Of a stretch of 64,000 nucleotides of DNA, positions 48,371 through 58,472 are shown in pieces. This DNA is from Phycisphaeraceae bacterium. Its GTDB lineage: Bacteria; Planctomycetota; Phycisphaerae; Phycisphaerales; Phycisphaeraceae. Location of the stretch: positions 3,488,001 to 3,552,000 of the forward strand of contig OY771506.1 in the NCBI GenBank assembly GCA_963674705.1, read 5' to 3'. Both the position numbers and the translations under genes were made by a program. The notes below the pieces were generated by a model that was not told the DNA's origin, did no database searches, and saw only the letters and a program-made list of their open reading frames with translations. Each line of letters begins with the position of its first letter. The first letter of the stretch is position 1.

Positions 48371-48599
48371 ATCCTCACAAGATGTATACAATCACGCCGT
48401 AAACCGTTACCGATAACGTATCGGACAGCATTCGTACGGGGTACCCGGTCAGTGGGCGTGAATGTAATCTTAGAATTGCACGAGTATTTACTGCTTATCG
48501 GGTCTGTATGGCTTGTGTCTGTTGCCGATATATATGAAACCCTCCGGAAGGTGCGTGGGCTGAACCCGCGATAAGAGGGCGGACCGATAAACACAAGGA

Positions 48600-51227
48600 T
48601 TGAAAATGCTCCACCCAAGCCAGGCACGGATTCGTAGTTTTGAAGTTGTCCCGTCACTACCTGAGCCGTTGCGCCCGCTGATGCGCATCGCTAACAACCT
48701 GTGGTGGACATGGCATCCCGAGGCGGTTGAACTGTTTGTTCGACTGGATCGCGATCTTTGGAAGGAAAGCAATCACAACCCGGTGAAAATGCTGGGGCTG
48801 GTCTCACAGGCCACGCTCGATGAAGCAGCGGCTGATGAAGGTTTTTTGACATCGCTATCGATCGCGGTAGAAAACCTCGAACGTCATGAAGGACGCACCC
48901 CCTGGCTGGAATCGGTCAAAAAGGAATCCAAGGGTTACACGGTCGCGTACTTCTGTGCAGAGTTCGGCATGACCGAATCGCTGCAGATCTATTCCGGTGG
49001 CCTGGGATGCCTGGCGGGTGATCACCTGAAGTCCGCCAGCGAGTTGGGGCTGCCACTTGTCGCGGTTGGTTTGCTCTATCGCAACGGTTACTTCCAGCAA
49101 TACCTCAACAGCGACGGTTGGCAGCAGGAATACACACCCGATCTGGACTTCTCCACGTTGCCGGTGGACCCGGTCAAGGATAAGTCGGGCGAGCAGGTGA
49201 AGGTGTCCGTTCGACTGCCCGGCCGCGATGTTTCCATCGGCCTGTGGAAAGCGGTCGTCGGGAAGATCCCGCTGTACCTATTGGACACAAACCTGCCTGA
49301 AAACCAGGAAGCAGACCGCCACATCACCAGCCAGTTGTACGGCGGTGATATGGAGATGCGTATCAAGCAGGAAATCGTTCTGGGTATCGGCGGCGTGCGT
49401 GCGCTGGAAGCGATCAACATCACGCCGGACGTCTGTCACATGAACGAAGGTCACTCAGCGTTCATGGCGTTAGAGCGGATTACGAGGATCATCGAGCAGC
49501 GCGGCGTCAGCTTCGACGAAGCCCGCCAGCTTGCCGCAGCCAGCCACGTCTTTACGACGCACACCCCGGTGCCGGCCGGTATCGACCGGTTCCCACCCGA
49601 CATGATTCAGCGCTACTTCAAGAGCTACCACAGCTCGCTGGGGCTGGATATGGAGGGCTTGCTGGCGCTCGGCCGTGAGAACGTCTTTGATAAGAACGAG
49701 TTCTTCTCGATGGCGGTGCTGGCGATCCGTACCAGCCGTTGGGCGAACGGCGTGAGTCGGTTGCACGGGGAAGTCAGCCGGGGCATGTGGAACAACATCT
49801 GGCAGAACGTGCCGCAGGATGAAGTGCCGATCACGCACGTGACCAACGGTGTTCACGCACGTAGCTGGCTCTCCGGTGATCTGATCTTCCTGTTCGACCG
49901 TTACCTCGGTTCACGCTGGCAGAACAATCCGGCCGACCATGCGGTCTGGCAGGCGGTTGAGAACGTGCCGGATGAAGAGCTGTGGCGTGTGCACGAACAG
50001 CGTCGCCGCCACCTTATCAATTGGACACGCGAGAAACTGGAACAGCAGCTTCATGCCCGTGGCGCAAGCCCGGACCAGATCAAGGCGAGTTGCGAGGCGC
50101 TGGACCCAACCGCGTTGACGATCGGGTTCGCCCGTCGGTTTGCCACGTATAAGCGCGGCACGCTGCTGCTTCGTGACTGGAAGCGAATTGAAAGGATCCT
50201 GACCGACACGAAGCGTCCGGTGCAGATTCTTGTTGCGGGTAAGGCCCACCCGGCCGACGGCGGCGGTAAGGACCTGATCCGTCAGATCGTCCAGATCGCT
50301 TCGCAGTCGGATGCGGGACATAAGATCGTGTTCCTTGAGAATTACGATATCAATGTCGCGCGCAACCTGGTGCAAGGCTGCGACGTCTGGCTGAACACGC
50401 CACGCCGTGGTATGGAAGCGTCGGGCACCAGCGGCATGAAAGCAGCGCTCAATGGCGTATTGAACTGCTCGATCATGGACGGCTGGTGGGACGAAGCGTA
50501 CGAATCCGATCTTGGCTGGGCGATCGGCCGGGGCGAGGAATACGCCAACCCCGCGACGGCGGACGACCTGGAAAGCCAGGCCTTGTACGACCTGCTTGAG
50601 AACAACATCATCCCGACCTTCTACAGTCGGGATAAGAACGACCTGCCCGTGAAGTGGGTCGCGATGATGAAGGCGTGTATCTCCAAGCTTGCTCCGCAGT
50701 TCAACACCAACCGCATGGTGCAGGAATACACCGAGAAGCTCTATCTGCCGGCCCTGGATAAGAGCCGTAAACTTGCGGCAAACAACATCGCCGGTGCGAT
50801 CGAGCAGGCCAAGTCGATCGAACACCTGCGTGCGAACTGGGGCGCACTGAAGATCGAAACGGTCGAGGCGGATACCACCGAGCCGCTGGGTGTTCGCCAG
50901 TCGCTCAGCGTCAGCACCGTGGTCAACCTTGGCGGCCTTCAGCCGGACGAGGTGCGCGTGCAGCTCTATAGCGGCCGGCTGGACAACGAATCCCGGTTGG
51001 TCAACGCCAAGTACAGCGACATGACCCACGTCCAGGACCTGGGTGACGGTCGGCATCAGTACACCGGTAGCGTTCTGACCACCACCAGCGGACGCCACGG
51101 CTTCGCGGTGCGAATCCTGCCGGGTGGCACATTGTTCGACGGACTGGTGGTCCCGGGCCTGATCCTGTGGGATGTGGCTGAGGCGCCGGTGCCGAAGCAG
51201 AAAGTCAAGGCCGAGAAGGTTGCTTGA
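48600..51227 (+). CDS. glgP: Alpha-glucan (glycogen/starch) phosphorylase
   Basis: YSGGLGCLAGDHLKSAS, GFARRFATYKR, EASGTSGMK (PLP Lys), DGWW. Confidence 0.97.
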   Translation: MKMLHPSQARIRSFEVVPSLPEPLRPLMRIANNLWWTWHPEAVELFVRLDRDLWKESNHNPVKMLGLVSQATLDEAAADEGFLTSLSIAVENLERHEGRTPWLESVKKESKGYTVAYFCAEFGMTESLQIYSGGLGCLAGDHLKSASELGLPLVAVGLLYRNGYFQQYLNSDGWQQEYTPDLDFSTLPVDPVKDKSGEQVKVSVRLPGRDVSIGLWKAVVGKIPLYLLDTNLPENQEADRHITSQLYGGDMEMRIKQEIVLGIGGVRALEAINITPDVCHMNEGHSAFMALERITRIIEQRGVSFDEARQLAAASHVFTTHTPVPAGIDRFPPDMIQRYFKSYHSSLGLDMEGLLALGRENVFDKNEFFSMAVLAIRTSRWANGVSRLHGEVSRGMWNNIWQNVPQDEVPITHVTNGVHARSWLSGDLIFLFDRYLGSRWQNNPADHAVWQAVENVPDEELWRVHEQRRRHLINWTREKLEQQLHARGASPDQIKASCEALDPTALTIGFARRFATYKRGTLLLRDWKRIERILTDTKRPVQILVAGKAHPADGGGKDLIRQIVQIASQSDAGHKIVFLENYDINVARNLVQGCDVWLNTPRRGMEASGTSGMKAALNGVLNCSIMDGWWDEAYESDLGWAIGRGEEYANPATADDLESQALYDLLENNIIPTFYSRDKNDLPVKWVAMMKACISKLAPQFNTNRMVQEYTEKLYLPALDKSRKLAANNIAGAIEQAKSIEHLRANWGALKIETVEADTTEPLGVRQSLSVSTVVNLGGLQPDEVRVQLYSGRLDNESRLVNAKYSDMTHVQDLGDGRHQYTGSVLTTTSGRHGFAVRILPGGTLFDGLVVPGLILWDVAEAPVPKQKVKAEKVA

Positions 51228-51268
51228 CGGACCTGTTAGCCCAATATTGGATAGACTAAAATAATATC

Positions 51269-51312
51269 AGCGACGCTCCCGGATCCAATCGGTCCGGGAG
51301 CGTTGTTATTTG
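51269..51312 (+). terminator. Intrinsic terminator after glgP
   Basis: AGCGACGCTCCCGGA..TCCGGGAGCGTTGTT followed by ATTT. Confidence 0.75.
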
Positions 51313-51360
51313 TGCATGAGGTGACTTGCGGCCATGTCTGGTCGTGGTAGCCTCATAGCG

Positions 51361-51786
51361 ATGGCTGACGATCCCCTGTTCGAGACTTCGGGCGACGAAC
51401 TGTTGATTAGCGTCTATACCCGTCAGGGCAGGACGCTGGATGACTTGCCGTACACTCCCGAGTTTGAAGCGATCTACGAAGCAATCACAGGCGGCGGCGA
51501 ACCACCGGTGACACGACAGGCGATGTTCCATCGGCTGCACAACCTGCGAAAAGCAGGCAAGCTGCCACGGCTCGGTAAGGCACATGGATCGCGTCCACGC
51601 CTGACGCCGGAAGACGAAGCATTGATTGCGGAACTTGTTTGCGATCAGGTGGGTGAGTTATCCAAGCGGGATCAGCTTCTGTACACACGAGCGTTTGACA
51701 GTATCGTTACCAACTTCAACGCCCGCGCCGGGCTGAGCCTGACGGCCCACGATGTCTGGCGCATCATTGCAAAGCTAGCCAAATGA
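51361..51786 (+). CDS. Hypothetical protein with internal two-fold repeat
   Basis: DDLPYTPEFE..LHNLRK vs DQLLYTRAFD..IAKLAK; overlaps the next gene. Confidence 0.75.
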   Translation: MADDPLFETSGDELLISVYTRQGRTLDDLPYTPEFEAIYEAITGGGEPPVTRQAMFHRLHNLRKAGKLPRLGKAHGSRPRLTPEDEALIAELVCDQVGELSKRDQLLYTRAFDSIVTNFNARAGLSLTAHDVWRIIAKLAK

Positions 51787-52319
51787 TTAGAGCCTGGGAT
51801 GTAAACGAATCGACTATTACTGCTCAGTTCCTGGAACAGCAGCGCATTGATATGCGTGAGTGCCTTGAGAAGATCGAGCACTGTTTTTCACAATTAAGCG
51901 ATGAAGATGTCTGGTGGCGTCCCTACGAAGAGCACAACGCGCTGGGCAATATCATCCTGCACCTTTGCGGGAACCTGGGGCAGTGGATTATCAACGGCGT
52001 GACAGAGAATCCTGACACTCGAAATCGGCCGTTGGAATTCTCAACACGCGAGCCGGTGCCGAAGGATCAACTGCTGGACTGGTTACGGCAGACGATCCAG
52101 CAGGCAGACAAGGTGATCACGGCGCAAAATGAGAAGACTCTGCTTCAACCGCGGACCGTGCAAGGTTTCAGCGTATTGGTGCAGTCGGCGATCCATCATT
52201 CGGTATCACATCTGTGTGGACACACACAAGAGATCATCTGGGTCACACGCTTGCGCAAAGGGCCAGAATACCTCTTCCGCTGGTCGCCCAGCACACCGGA
52301 AGAGGGCGCAACCGCCTGA
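51783..52319 (+). CDS. DinB/DUF1572-family protein
   Basis: NALGNIILHLCGN, RNRPLEF, H...H..EI metal-binding pattern. Confidence 0.85.
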   Translation: MIRAWDVNESTITAQFLEQQRIDMRECLEKIEHCFSQLSDEDVWWRPYEEHNALGNIILHLCGNLGQWIINGVTENPDTRNRPLEFSTREPVPKDQLLDWLRQTIQQADKVITAQNEKTLLQPRTVQGFSVLVQSAIHHSVSHLCGHTQEIIWVTRLRKGPEYLFRWSPSTPEEGATA

Positions 52320-52337
52320 TCGCCTACAATAGCGCGT

Positions 52338-53285
52338 ATGCGAGAGCTGGAACTACTAGCCCATGTGTATAAGGCCAATCCCGATTTGCCGGGATCGGTA
52401 TCGATCCCGCCGGGTGATGATATGGGCGCGATTGAGGTCGGCGGGACGATGCTGCTGGTGACTGTAGACCAGGTCGCGGATGGTGTGCATTTTGATCTGA
52501 CCGATACGCCACGGGAGAAGATCGGCCGCAAGTCGATCACACGGAACCTGTCAGATGTCGCGGCGATGGCGGCCAAACCTGTCGGGGCGGTGGCGGCGGC
52601 GTGCTTGCCTAAAGGCTATGGTGAGGGGCGAGCCAAGGCGCTGTTTGATGCGATGCGACGCACGGCCGAAGCGTATGGATGCCCGTTGATCGGCGGGGAC
52701 ATATCCACATGGGATCAAAGATTGATCCTTACCGTGACGGTCTTTGCTGAGCCGGCCGGTATAGAGCCGGTTTTACGCAACGGGGCTAAAATCGGTGACA
52801 CTGTATACGTCACCGGCACGTTGGGCGGCAGCATCGAAAAGCTGTCGGAGCGGGATGGATACGTGCATCATCTGGACTTTGAGCCGCGTATCGATCTGGC
52901 CCGGAAACTGGCGGGTGATCCTGCGACTCGGCCCACCGCGATGCTCGATCTGAGTGACGGCTTAGCCCAGGACCTGACGCGTATTTGCGAGCGGTCGAAT
53001 GTTGGCGGGCGTATCGAAGTTGATCGATTGCCGATCAGCCAGGCAGCACTTACTGCCGCGAAGAAGTCAGGCAAGCCCGCCTGGCATCATGCGCTTGGTG
53101 ATGGTGAGGATTACGAATTGTGTTTCACCGTATCAACGCAGAACATGCCCAGCCGGATCGATGGTGTGCCCATCAGTGCGGTGGGTAAGATCGTCGAGAA
53201 GAAATCGGGGCCGGCAATAAAAGCAGTGTTGGCAAGCGGTGAGCAGGTCGATATTCAGGACATGGGCTGGGAGCACAGGGATTGA
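52338..53285 (+). CDS. thiL: Thiamine-monophosphate kinase
   Basis: GDD, NLSDVAAM, IGGD, DLSDGL, GEDYELCFT. Confidence 0.94.
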   Translation: MRELELLAHVYKANPDLPGSVSIPPGDDMGAIEVGGTMLLVTVDQVADGVHFDLTDTPREKIGRKSITRNLSDVAAMAAKPVGAVAAACLPKGYGEGRAKALFDAMRRTAEAYGCPLIGGDISTWDQRLILTVTVFAEPAGIEPVLRNGAKIGDTVYVTGTLGGSIEKLSERDGYVHHLDFEPRIDLARKLAGDPATRPTAMLDLSDGLAQDLTRICERSNVGGRIEVDRLPISQAALTAAKKSGKPAWHHALGDGEDYELCFTVSTQNMPSRIDGVPISAVGKIVEKKSGPAIKAVLASGEQVDIQDMGWEHRD

Positions 53286-53806
53286 CGGACGGACAAGCAA
53301 TTATCGAGATCGAATCGCACAGCGTTGAGCAGACGATGGCGATCGGGAAAGCGGTCGCCGAGCAGGCACAGCCGGGCGATCTTGTTGCGTTGATCGGCGA
53401 ACTGGGCGCAGGCAAGACGCAGTTTGTCCGTGGCATGGCTATGGGTCTGAACATTGACCCCTCTCGCGTTTCCAGCCCGACATTCGTCTTCCTGCAGGAG
53501 TACGATTCGACTGATGCGGACGCTCCCGTACTCGCGCACGTCGATGCTTATCGTTTATCCGGCAGCGATGATCTTGCTACGATCGGCTGGGAGGGTGATG
53601 GTGAAGAGCTTAGAAGTGGGGCGATACTGGTTGTCGAGTGGGCCGACCGGATACCGGATGCCTTAGGTAACGACTATCTCGAGGTTCGTATTACGCATGA
53701 CGGTGACGGCAGAACACTAACATTCAGGTCCTTCGGCAAGTGGGATGCACACATGCAAGAACTGCGTCAAGATTTCATAGCTACGATACAGTCGTGTACG
53801 GAGTAA
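53282..53806 (+). CDS. tsaE: tRNA t6A biosynthesis ATPase
   Basis: GELGAGKT, SSPTF, HVDAYRL, VEWA. Confidence 0.95.
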   Translation: MTDGQAIIEIESHSVEQTMAIGKAVAEQAQPGDLVALIGELGAGKTQFVRGMAMGLNIDPSRVSSPTFVFLQEYDSTDADAPVLAHVDAYRLSGSDDLATIGWEGDGEELRSGAILVVEWADRIPDALGNDYLEVRITHDGDGRTLTFRSFGKWDAHMQELRQDFIATIQSCTE

Positions 53807-53817
53807 CGAGGATCAAG

Positions 53818-54000
53818 ATGGCTGAAGCGGATAAGTCCAAGAATGTATGCCCAATCTGCAAAGCGCCGGTCAAGGACGACAGCCCGACGTTCCCGTTTTG
53901 CAGCGATCGTTGCAAGAAGGTTGATCTTGGCCGATGGTTTGACGGTAAATATTTGATAAGCCGCGCGGTTGAAGAGAGCGACCTGGATGAGGGGGAGTGA
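53818..54000 (+). CDS. yacG: DNA gyrase inhibitor YacG
   Basis: CPIC..FPFCSDRCKKVDLGRW. Confidence 0.93.
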   Translation: MAEADKSKNVCPICKAPVKDDSPTFPFCSDRCKKVDLGRWFDGKYLISRAVEESDLDEGE

Positions 54001-54085
54001 CGCATTGCTAATCGCGAATGTTTAATCGCTAATCTGAAGTAGACGCGCGAACTCACATCAGCGATTAACGATTAGCGATTAGACA

Positions 54086-54577
54086 TTAAATATCTTCTTC
54101 CGCCTGTTCCGCTTGCTGGGCTTCGGGGCTGATACCGTAGATGACGAAGCGGTGGCTGACGGGCTCAAAGCCGTGCTGTTTGCAGAGCTGGTCGCGCAGC
54201 TTGGTTAATTCGTTAGCAGAGAATTCGATGATCTGGTTGGTCTCGACGCAGACAAGGTGGCCCATCGGTTCTTTGCCGAAGGAAAGCCGGTAGTGGGCCT
54301 GGCGTGAGTCGATCAGGACCTCGGCGATGATATTGGCTTCAAGCAGGTGCTTGAGCGTGCGGTAGATGGTGGCTTTGCTGACGCGGTGATCGGCTTCGCG
54401 CATCTCCTGGAGCAGTTCGTCGGCTTCGAATACGCCGGATTTGGAGAGCACGGCGTCCAGGATCAGGGCACGTTCGGTGGTGAATTTGAGACCTTGCCGT
54501 TTGAGGAAACGGCGGAAGATCGCACACATCGGCATGATCATCTGATCTTCTTGCGGAGCGTTCTTGGCTTTGCTCAT
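54086..54577 (-). CDS. fur: Fur-family transcriptional regulator
   Basis: GLKFTTER, VSKATIYRTL, HLVC..IIEF, HRFVIYG. Confidence 0.88.
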   Translation of the reverse strand: MSKAKNAPQEDQMIMPMCAIFRRFLKRQGLKFTTERALILDAVLSKSGVFEADELLQEMREADHRVSKATIYRTLKHLLEANIIAEVLIDSRQAHYRLSFGKEPMGHLVCVETNQIIEFSANELTKLRDQLCKQHGFEPVSHRFVIYGISPEAQQAEQAEEDI

Positions 54578-54693
54578 AGGTGTATTGTAGCCGAGGCGAA
54601 CCGGCCCGCACAGCCGGGCTGGCTGAAGTGTTGACTCGCTGGTATCTTGCCCTGTCCTGAAGCTCTAGGATTCATTTTTAAGGGAGACTTGCC

Positions 54694-56013
54694 GTGGCAG
54701 ATTCGGCAATCATCGTAGGTTTGATCGGCTGTGGCACGGTTGGTGGGGGCGTGGCCAAGCTCATCAAAGGCCAAGCGGACCTGTACGCCAAACGTATCGG
54801 TAAACCGATTGTGCTGGGCCGTTTACTCGATAAAGAGAAAGACCGTGTCATCGCCTCCGGCCTGGTCGATGCGGATATCGTCACCGATGATGTTGATGCA
54901 TTCTTCGATACACCTGGCATGTCGATCGTGATCGAACTGGCAGGTGGGACCGGCGCTGCAAGCACATTCGTCCGTCGGGCACTGGAATCCGGCAAGCATG
55001 TGGTGACGGCCAACAAGGCGCTGCTGGCGGAGCAGGGGCCGGAGTTGTTTGCGCTGGCGCGAAAGAACAATGTGAGCATCGCGTTTGAAGCGTCCTGCGG
55101 CGGGGGGATCCCCTGCGTGACGGCGATACAGTTCGGGTTGATGGCCAACCAGATCAATGCGCTTTACGGCATTCTGAACGGGACGTGCAACTACATCCTT
55201 ACGGAGATGACCGGTAAGGGCAAGACGTACGACTCAGCACTCGCCGATGCCCAGAAGCTTGGTTATGCCGAGGCCGATCCGACGCTGGACGTCACCGGCG
55301 GGGACACCGCCCACAAGATCGCGATCCTCGCGTCGTTGGGTTTTGGTGTGAAGATGACATGCGACCAGGTGCCTAACCGTGGGATAGATACACTCGACCT
55401 GAACGATCTGCGTTTCGGAGCCGAGTTGGGTTACGACATTAAGCTGCTAGCTATCGCGGAGCGTGAACCGGGGCAGGACGCGGTGAGTGTGGGAGTCGAG
55501 CCTTGCTTCATCTCCAAGAGTGAACTGCTGGCGCAGGTCGGTGGTGCGTTTAACGCGTTATCGGTGTGCGGCCACGCGGTGGGGCATACGCTTTACTACG
55601 GCCAGGGCGCCGGCCAGATGCCGACCGCCAGCGCGGTGGTTGCCGATGTGATGAACATCGCGGCGGGCTGGTACGGCCAGGCGTTTAACAGCATGAAACT
55701 TACGCCCGACACCCAGGAGCCCGTCAAGCTGGCTAATCCGGATGACCTGGTCAGCCGGTTCTATCTGCGTATCAACGGTCAGGATAAACCCGGTGTGATC
55801 GCGAAAGCGACCTCGGCTTTAGGGGATAAAGGCATCAGCCTTTCGGCAGTGTTGCAGCACGAAGCCGAAGACGGCAGCGAGACGGTTCCGATTGTTATCG
55901 TGACCCATGATGCAAAACGCGGCGATTTGCTTGAAGCTGTAGACCGTATCGCGTCGATGGATGTTATAGAAGATGATCCGGTCATTATTCGGATCGTAGA
56001 TATGCCCGGTTAA
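54694..56013 (+). CDS. hom: Homoserine dehydrogenase with ACT domain
   Basis: GCGTVG, VVTANKA, FEASCGGGIP, NGTCNYIL, GYAEADP, DKPGVIA. Confidence 0.96.
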   Translation: MADSAIIVGLIGCGTVGGGVAKLIKGQADLYAKRIGKPIVLGRLLDKEKDRVIASGLVDADIVTDDVDAFFDTPGMSIVIELAGGTGAASTFVRRALESGKHVVTANKALLAEQGPELFALARKNNVSIAFEASCGGGIPCVTAIQFGLMANQINALYGILNGTCNYILTEMTGKGKTYDSALADAQKLGYAEADPTLDVTGGDTAHKIAILASLGFGVKMTCDQVPNRGIDTLDLNDLRFGAELGYDIKLLAIAEREPGQDAVSVGVEPCFISKSELLAQVGGAFNALSVCGHAVGHTLYYGQGAGQMPTASAVVADVMNIAAGWYGQAFNSMKLTPDTQEPVKLANPDDLVSRFYLRINGQDKPGVIAKATSALGDKGISLSAVLQHEAEDGSETVPIVIVTHDAKRGDLLEAVDRIASMDVIEDDPVIIRIVDMPG

Positions 56014-56429
56014 GACGAACACCGACTTGCCGGGGTAGAGCCATCGTGTGGCTTATACGGCTTTTGTGCCAGTGCGCACAGGAGGTCGGGAAGTTGACTG
56101 GAAAACGCGCCACGCGGCATGACACGGTCGGCTCCCACGCCAGCAGCGTCTTCCATACGCTGCACCTCGACATGTGGGGCGAACGCCAACACGCTTGGCG
56201 CTGCCTCATGTTGTCTGGCCAATTCAATCAATCCAATGGCCGCATCACCGATCGTCAGGTCCACGATGACGGCGGTGACGGGTTCGTTGGCTTTACCATC
56301 ATCCACCTGGTCCAGGCGCTTTTGAAGTGCCTCGGCGTCGCGCGCCGGTCGGCAGATCAGTCCGAGCGATTCGGCGGTCGAGTGGATCTTGGTCGCGAAT
56401 ATCAGGTCGTGGCAGCAGTAGACAATCAT
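56010..56429 (-). CDS. Single-domain receiver-like protein
   Basis: DLIFATKI, VIVDL, AFAPHV, GADRVMPR..F: degenerate CheY-like fold. Confidence 0.7.
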   Translation of the reverse strand: MIVYCCHDLIFATKIHSTAESLGLICRPARDAEALQKRLDQVDDGKANEPVTAVIVDLTIGDAAIGLIELARQHEAAPSVLAFAPHVEVQRMEDAAGVGADRVMPRGAFSSQLPDLLCALAQKPYKPHDGSTPASRCSS

Positions 56430-56495
56430 GAAAGCATCATAGCAGTCGTGTTTATGTGAGCGAGTGATTTGCACAACTAAAGTGAGTTCCGTGTT

Positions 56496-57821
56496 ATGAA
56501 TCGAGCACCCGAAATGACCGCATACACAAGTGAATCCGTCCAGGCAGAGTTGGGTTTCCGATACGACCCGTCAGACCTGTATCAGCAGGTGATCGGGCTT
56601 GTGCTTAAGTCGGCAGAGATACTCGACCTGCCAAGGCACCTCCGGTTGATCATGGCACAGCCTAAGAATGAATTAATCGTTCACTTCCCGGTAAAGATGG
56701 ACGACGGCAGATTCCATCTGTTCAAGGGTTACCGCGTTCAACACAACAACATCCTCGGGCCATACAAGGGTGGTATTCGCTACCACGAGAGTGTGAGTCT
56801 GGATCACGTCAAGTCGTTGGCGGTGCTGATGACGATGAAGTCTGCGCTGGTGCATCTGCCGTTTGGGGGAGCGAAGGGCGGGGTGCAGGTCAATCCCCGT
56901 GAACTGTCGCAGGATGAATTAATGCGTCTGACCCGACGGTTTACCAGTACGATCGGTGACAACATCGGGCCCGACCATGATATCCCCGCGCCGGATGTGG
57001 GCACCAACGCACAAATCATGGCATGGATGGCGGATACGTTCATCAACTTCGTCCCCGGCACGCAACGCTGGACCGGCCAGGCGGTTGTCACGGGTAAACC
57101 GCTGGAGTTTGGCGGCTCGCAAGGCCGTGAAAAGGCGACCGGCCAGGGCTTGGTGTTCGTGCTTGAAGAACTGCTGCCCGAGATGGGGATGCGCTTCGAC
57201 CAGGTCAGCTACAGTCTGATCGGCTACGGCAACGTCGGTTCCTGGACCGCCCGACTGATGCAGGACCACAACGCCAAGCTTAAGGCTGTCATGGACCATA
57301 CCGGTTCGATACGTAATGACAAAGGCATTGATGCGCTCGCGCTGGCGCAGTATGTCCTGGTTGCAGGTGGTGTTGCGGGGTATCCGGAGGCCGAAGCGAT
57401 CAGTGAGGAACAGTTCTACAGAACCCAGGTAGACCTATTCATCCCCGCAGCTTTGGAACAGATGCTCGATGTTGAAAACGCGCAGATGGTGGACTGCAAG
57501 GCCGTTGTGGAAGGTGCAAATGCACCAACGACCCCGATGGGGCAGCAGGTCCTGGCCGACCGTGGTATCGAGGTGCTCCCGGCGGTTTTGTGTAACTGTG
57601 GCGGTGTGACCGTCAGTTACATGGAATGGAAACAGAACCGTGCGGCGGAATCGTGGAGCGAGGAAAAGGTAGATCGTCACCTGCGTGAACATATGGTTGC
57701 GGCAGCCAACCGTGTGAAACTTGCTGCACATCGTTACAGTTGCGACATGCGGACCGCAACGTATTGCGCGGCGCTTGAATACATCGGCAAGGTGTATCAG
57801 ATCAGGGGTATTTTCCCGTAA
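56496..57821 (+). CDS. gdhA: Glu/Leu/Phe/Val dehydrogenase (glutamate dehydrogenase)
   Basis: GPYKGGIRY, GGAKGG, DIPAPDVGT, GYGNVG, EGANAP, GGVTVSY.EW. Confidence 0.92.
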   Translation: MNRAPEMTAYTSESVQAELGFRYDPSDLYQQVIGLVLKSAEILDLPRHLRLIMAQPKNELIVHFPVKMDDGRFHLFKGYRVQHNNILGPYKGGIRYHESVSLDHVKSLAVLMTMKSALVHLPFGGAKGGVQVNPRELSQDELMRLTRRFTSTIGDNIGPDHDIPAPDVGTNAQIMAWMADTFINFVPGTQRWTGQAVVTGKPLEFGGSQGREKATGQGLVFVLEELLPEMGMRFDQVSYSLIGYGNVGSWTARLMQDHNAKLKAVMDHTGSIRNDKGIDALALAQYVLVAGGVAGYPEAEAISEEQFYRTQVDLFIPAALEQMLDVENAQMVDCKAVVEGANAPTTPMGQQVLADRGIEVLPAVLCNCGGVTVSYMEWKQNRAAESWSEEKVDRHLREHMVAAANRVKLAAHRYSCDMRTATYCAALEYIGKVYQIRGIFP

Positions 57822-57836
57822 AATGCCGCTTGCGGC

Positions 57837-58472
57837 TTATCGATACAGTTCGTGTTCATGGATGTACTGTTCGACCTTGGGATGTACCAATCCCGCGATG
57901 GATTCACCTCGCGCGATGCGCTGCCGCACCTCGGTCGAACTGATATCCATGGCCGGCACATCCACTAGCCTTGAAGCCCATTCGATTCGCGCTTGTTCAT
58001 CGGGTAGTGATGCCAGCAGTGATTCCCGTGTGTCGGGAGGGCGGACCATAACGATCGGTTGCGCCAATTCGATGATGCGCTGCGGTTCGCGCCATTGATC
58101 GAAGATCCTTACTTGATCTGCACCGATCAAAAGGTTTAGCTTGACTTCATTTCCCAATCGAGTCCGCAGAACTGCGAGTGTGTCTACCGTGTAACTCGGG
58201 TCGCCCGTTGCTCCACGATCTAATTCATCTGTGAAAACTTCCGCATGCTCCACGTTTTCGAGCGCCAGCCTGAGCATTGCTAAGCGGTGGACTGGATCGG
58301 TCTGGACTTTATCGAGTTTATGCGGAGCTTTTGCGGCCGGGATGTAGGCGACGATATCCGCGCCCACCGCTTCTCGTGCGGCCATCGGCAGCATTACATG
58401 CGCCACGTGAGGTGGATCGAAGCTGCCGCCGAAGAGGATGATATGCCTGGGGTGCAAGGGATATAGGCTCAA
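57837..58472 (-). CDS. nadD: Nicotinate-nucleotide adenylyltransferase
   Basis: GGSFDPPHVAH, SYTVDT, IGAD, ISSTEVR. Confidence 0.95.
   Translation of the reverse strand: MSLYPLHPRHIILFGGSFDPPHVAHVMLPMAAREAVGADIVAYIPAAKAPHKLDKVQTDPVHRLAMLRLALENVEHAEVFTDELDRGATGDPSYTVDTLAVLRTRLGNEVKLNLLIGADQVRIFDQWREPQRIIELAQPIVMVRPPDTRESLLASLPDEQARIEWASRLVDVPAMDISSTEVRQRIARGESIAGLVHPKVEQYIHEHELYR

Noticed and set aside
48530..48600. Possible TPP-like riboswitch before glgP (GGTGC..GGGCTGAACCCG)
   Set aside because: Lacks CTGAGA and the CCTGA..GATAA..GCGTAGGGA core, and the gene context does not fit; only a modest hairpin.
49911..51098. 395-aa minus-strand ORF
   Set aside because: Antisense to glgP.
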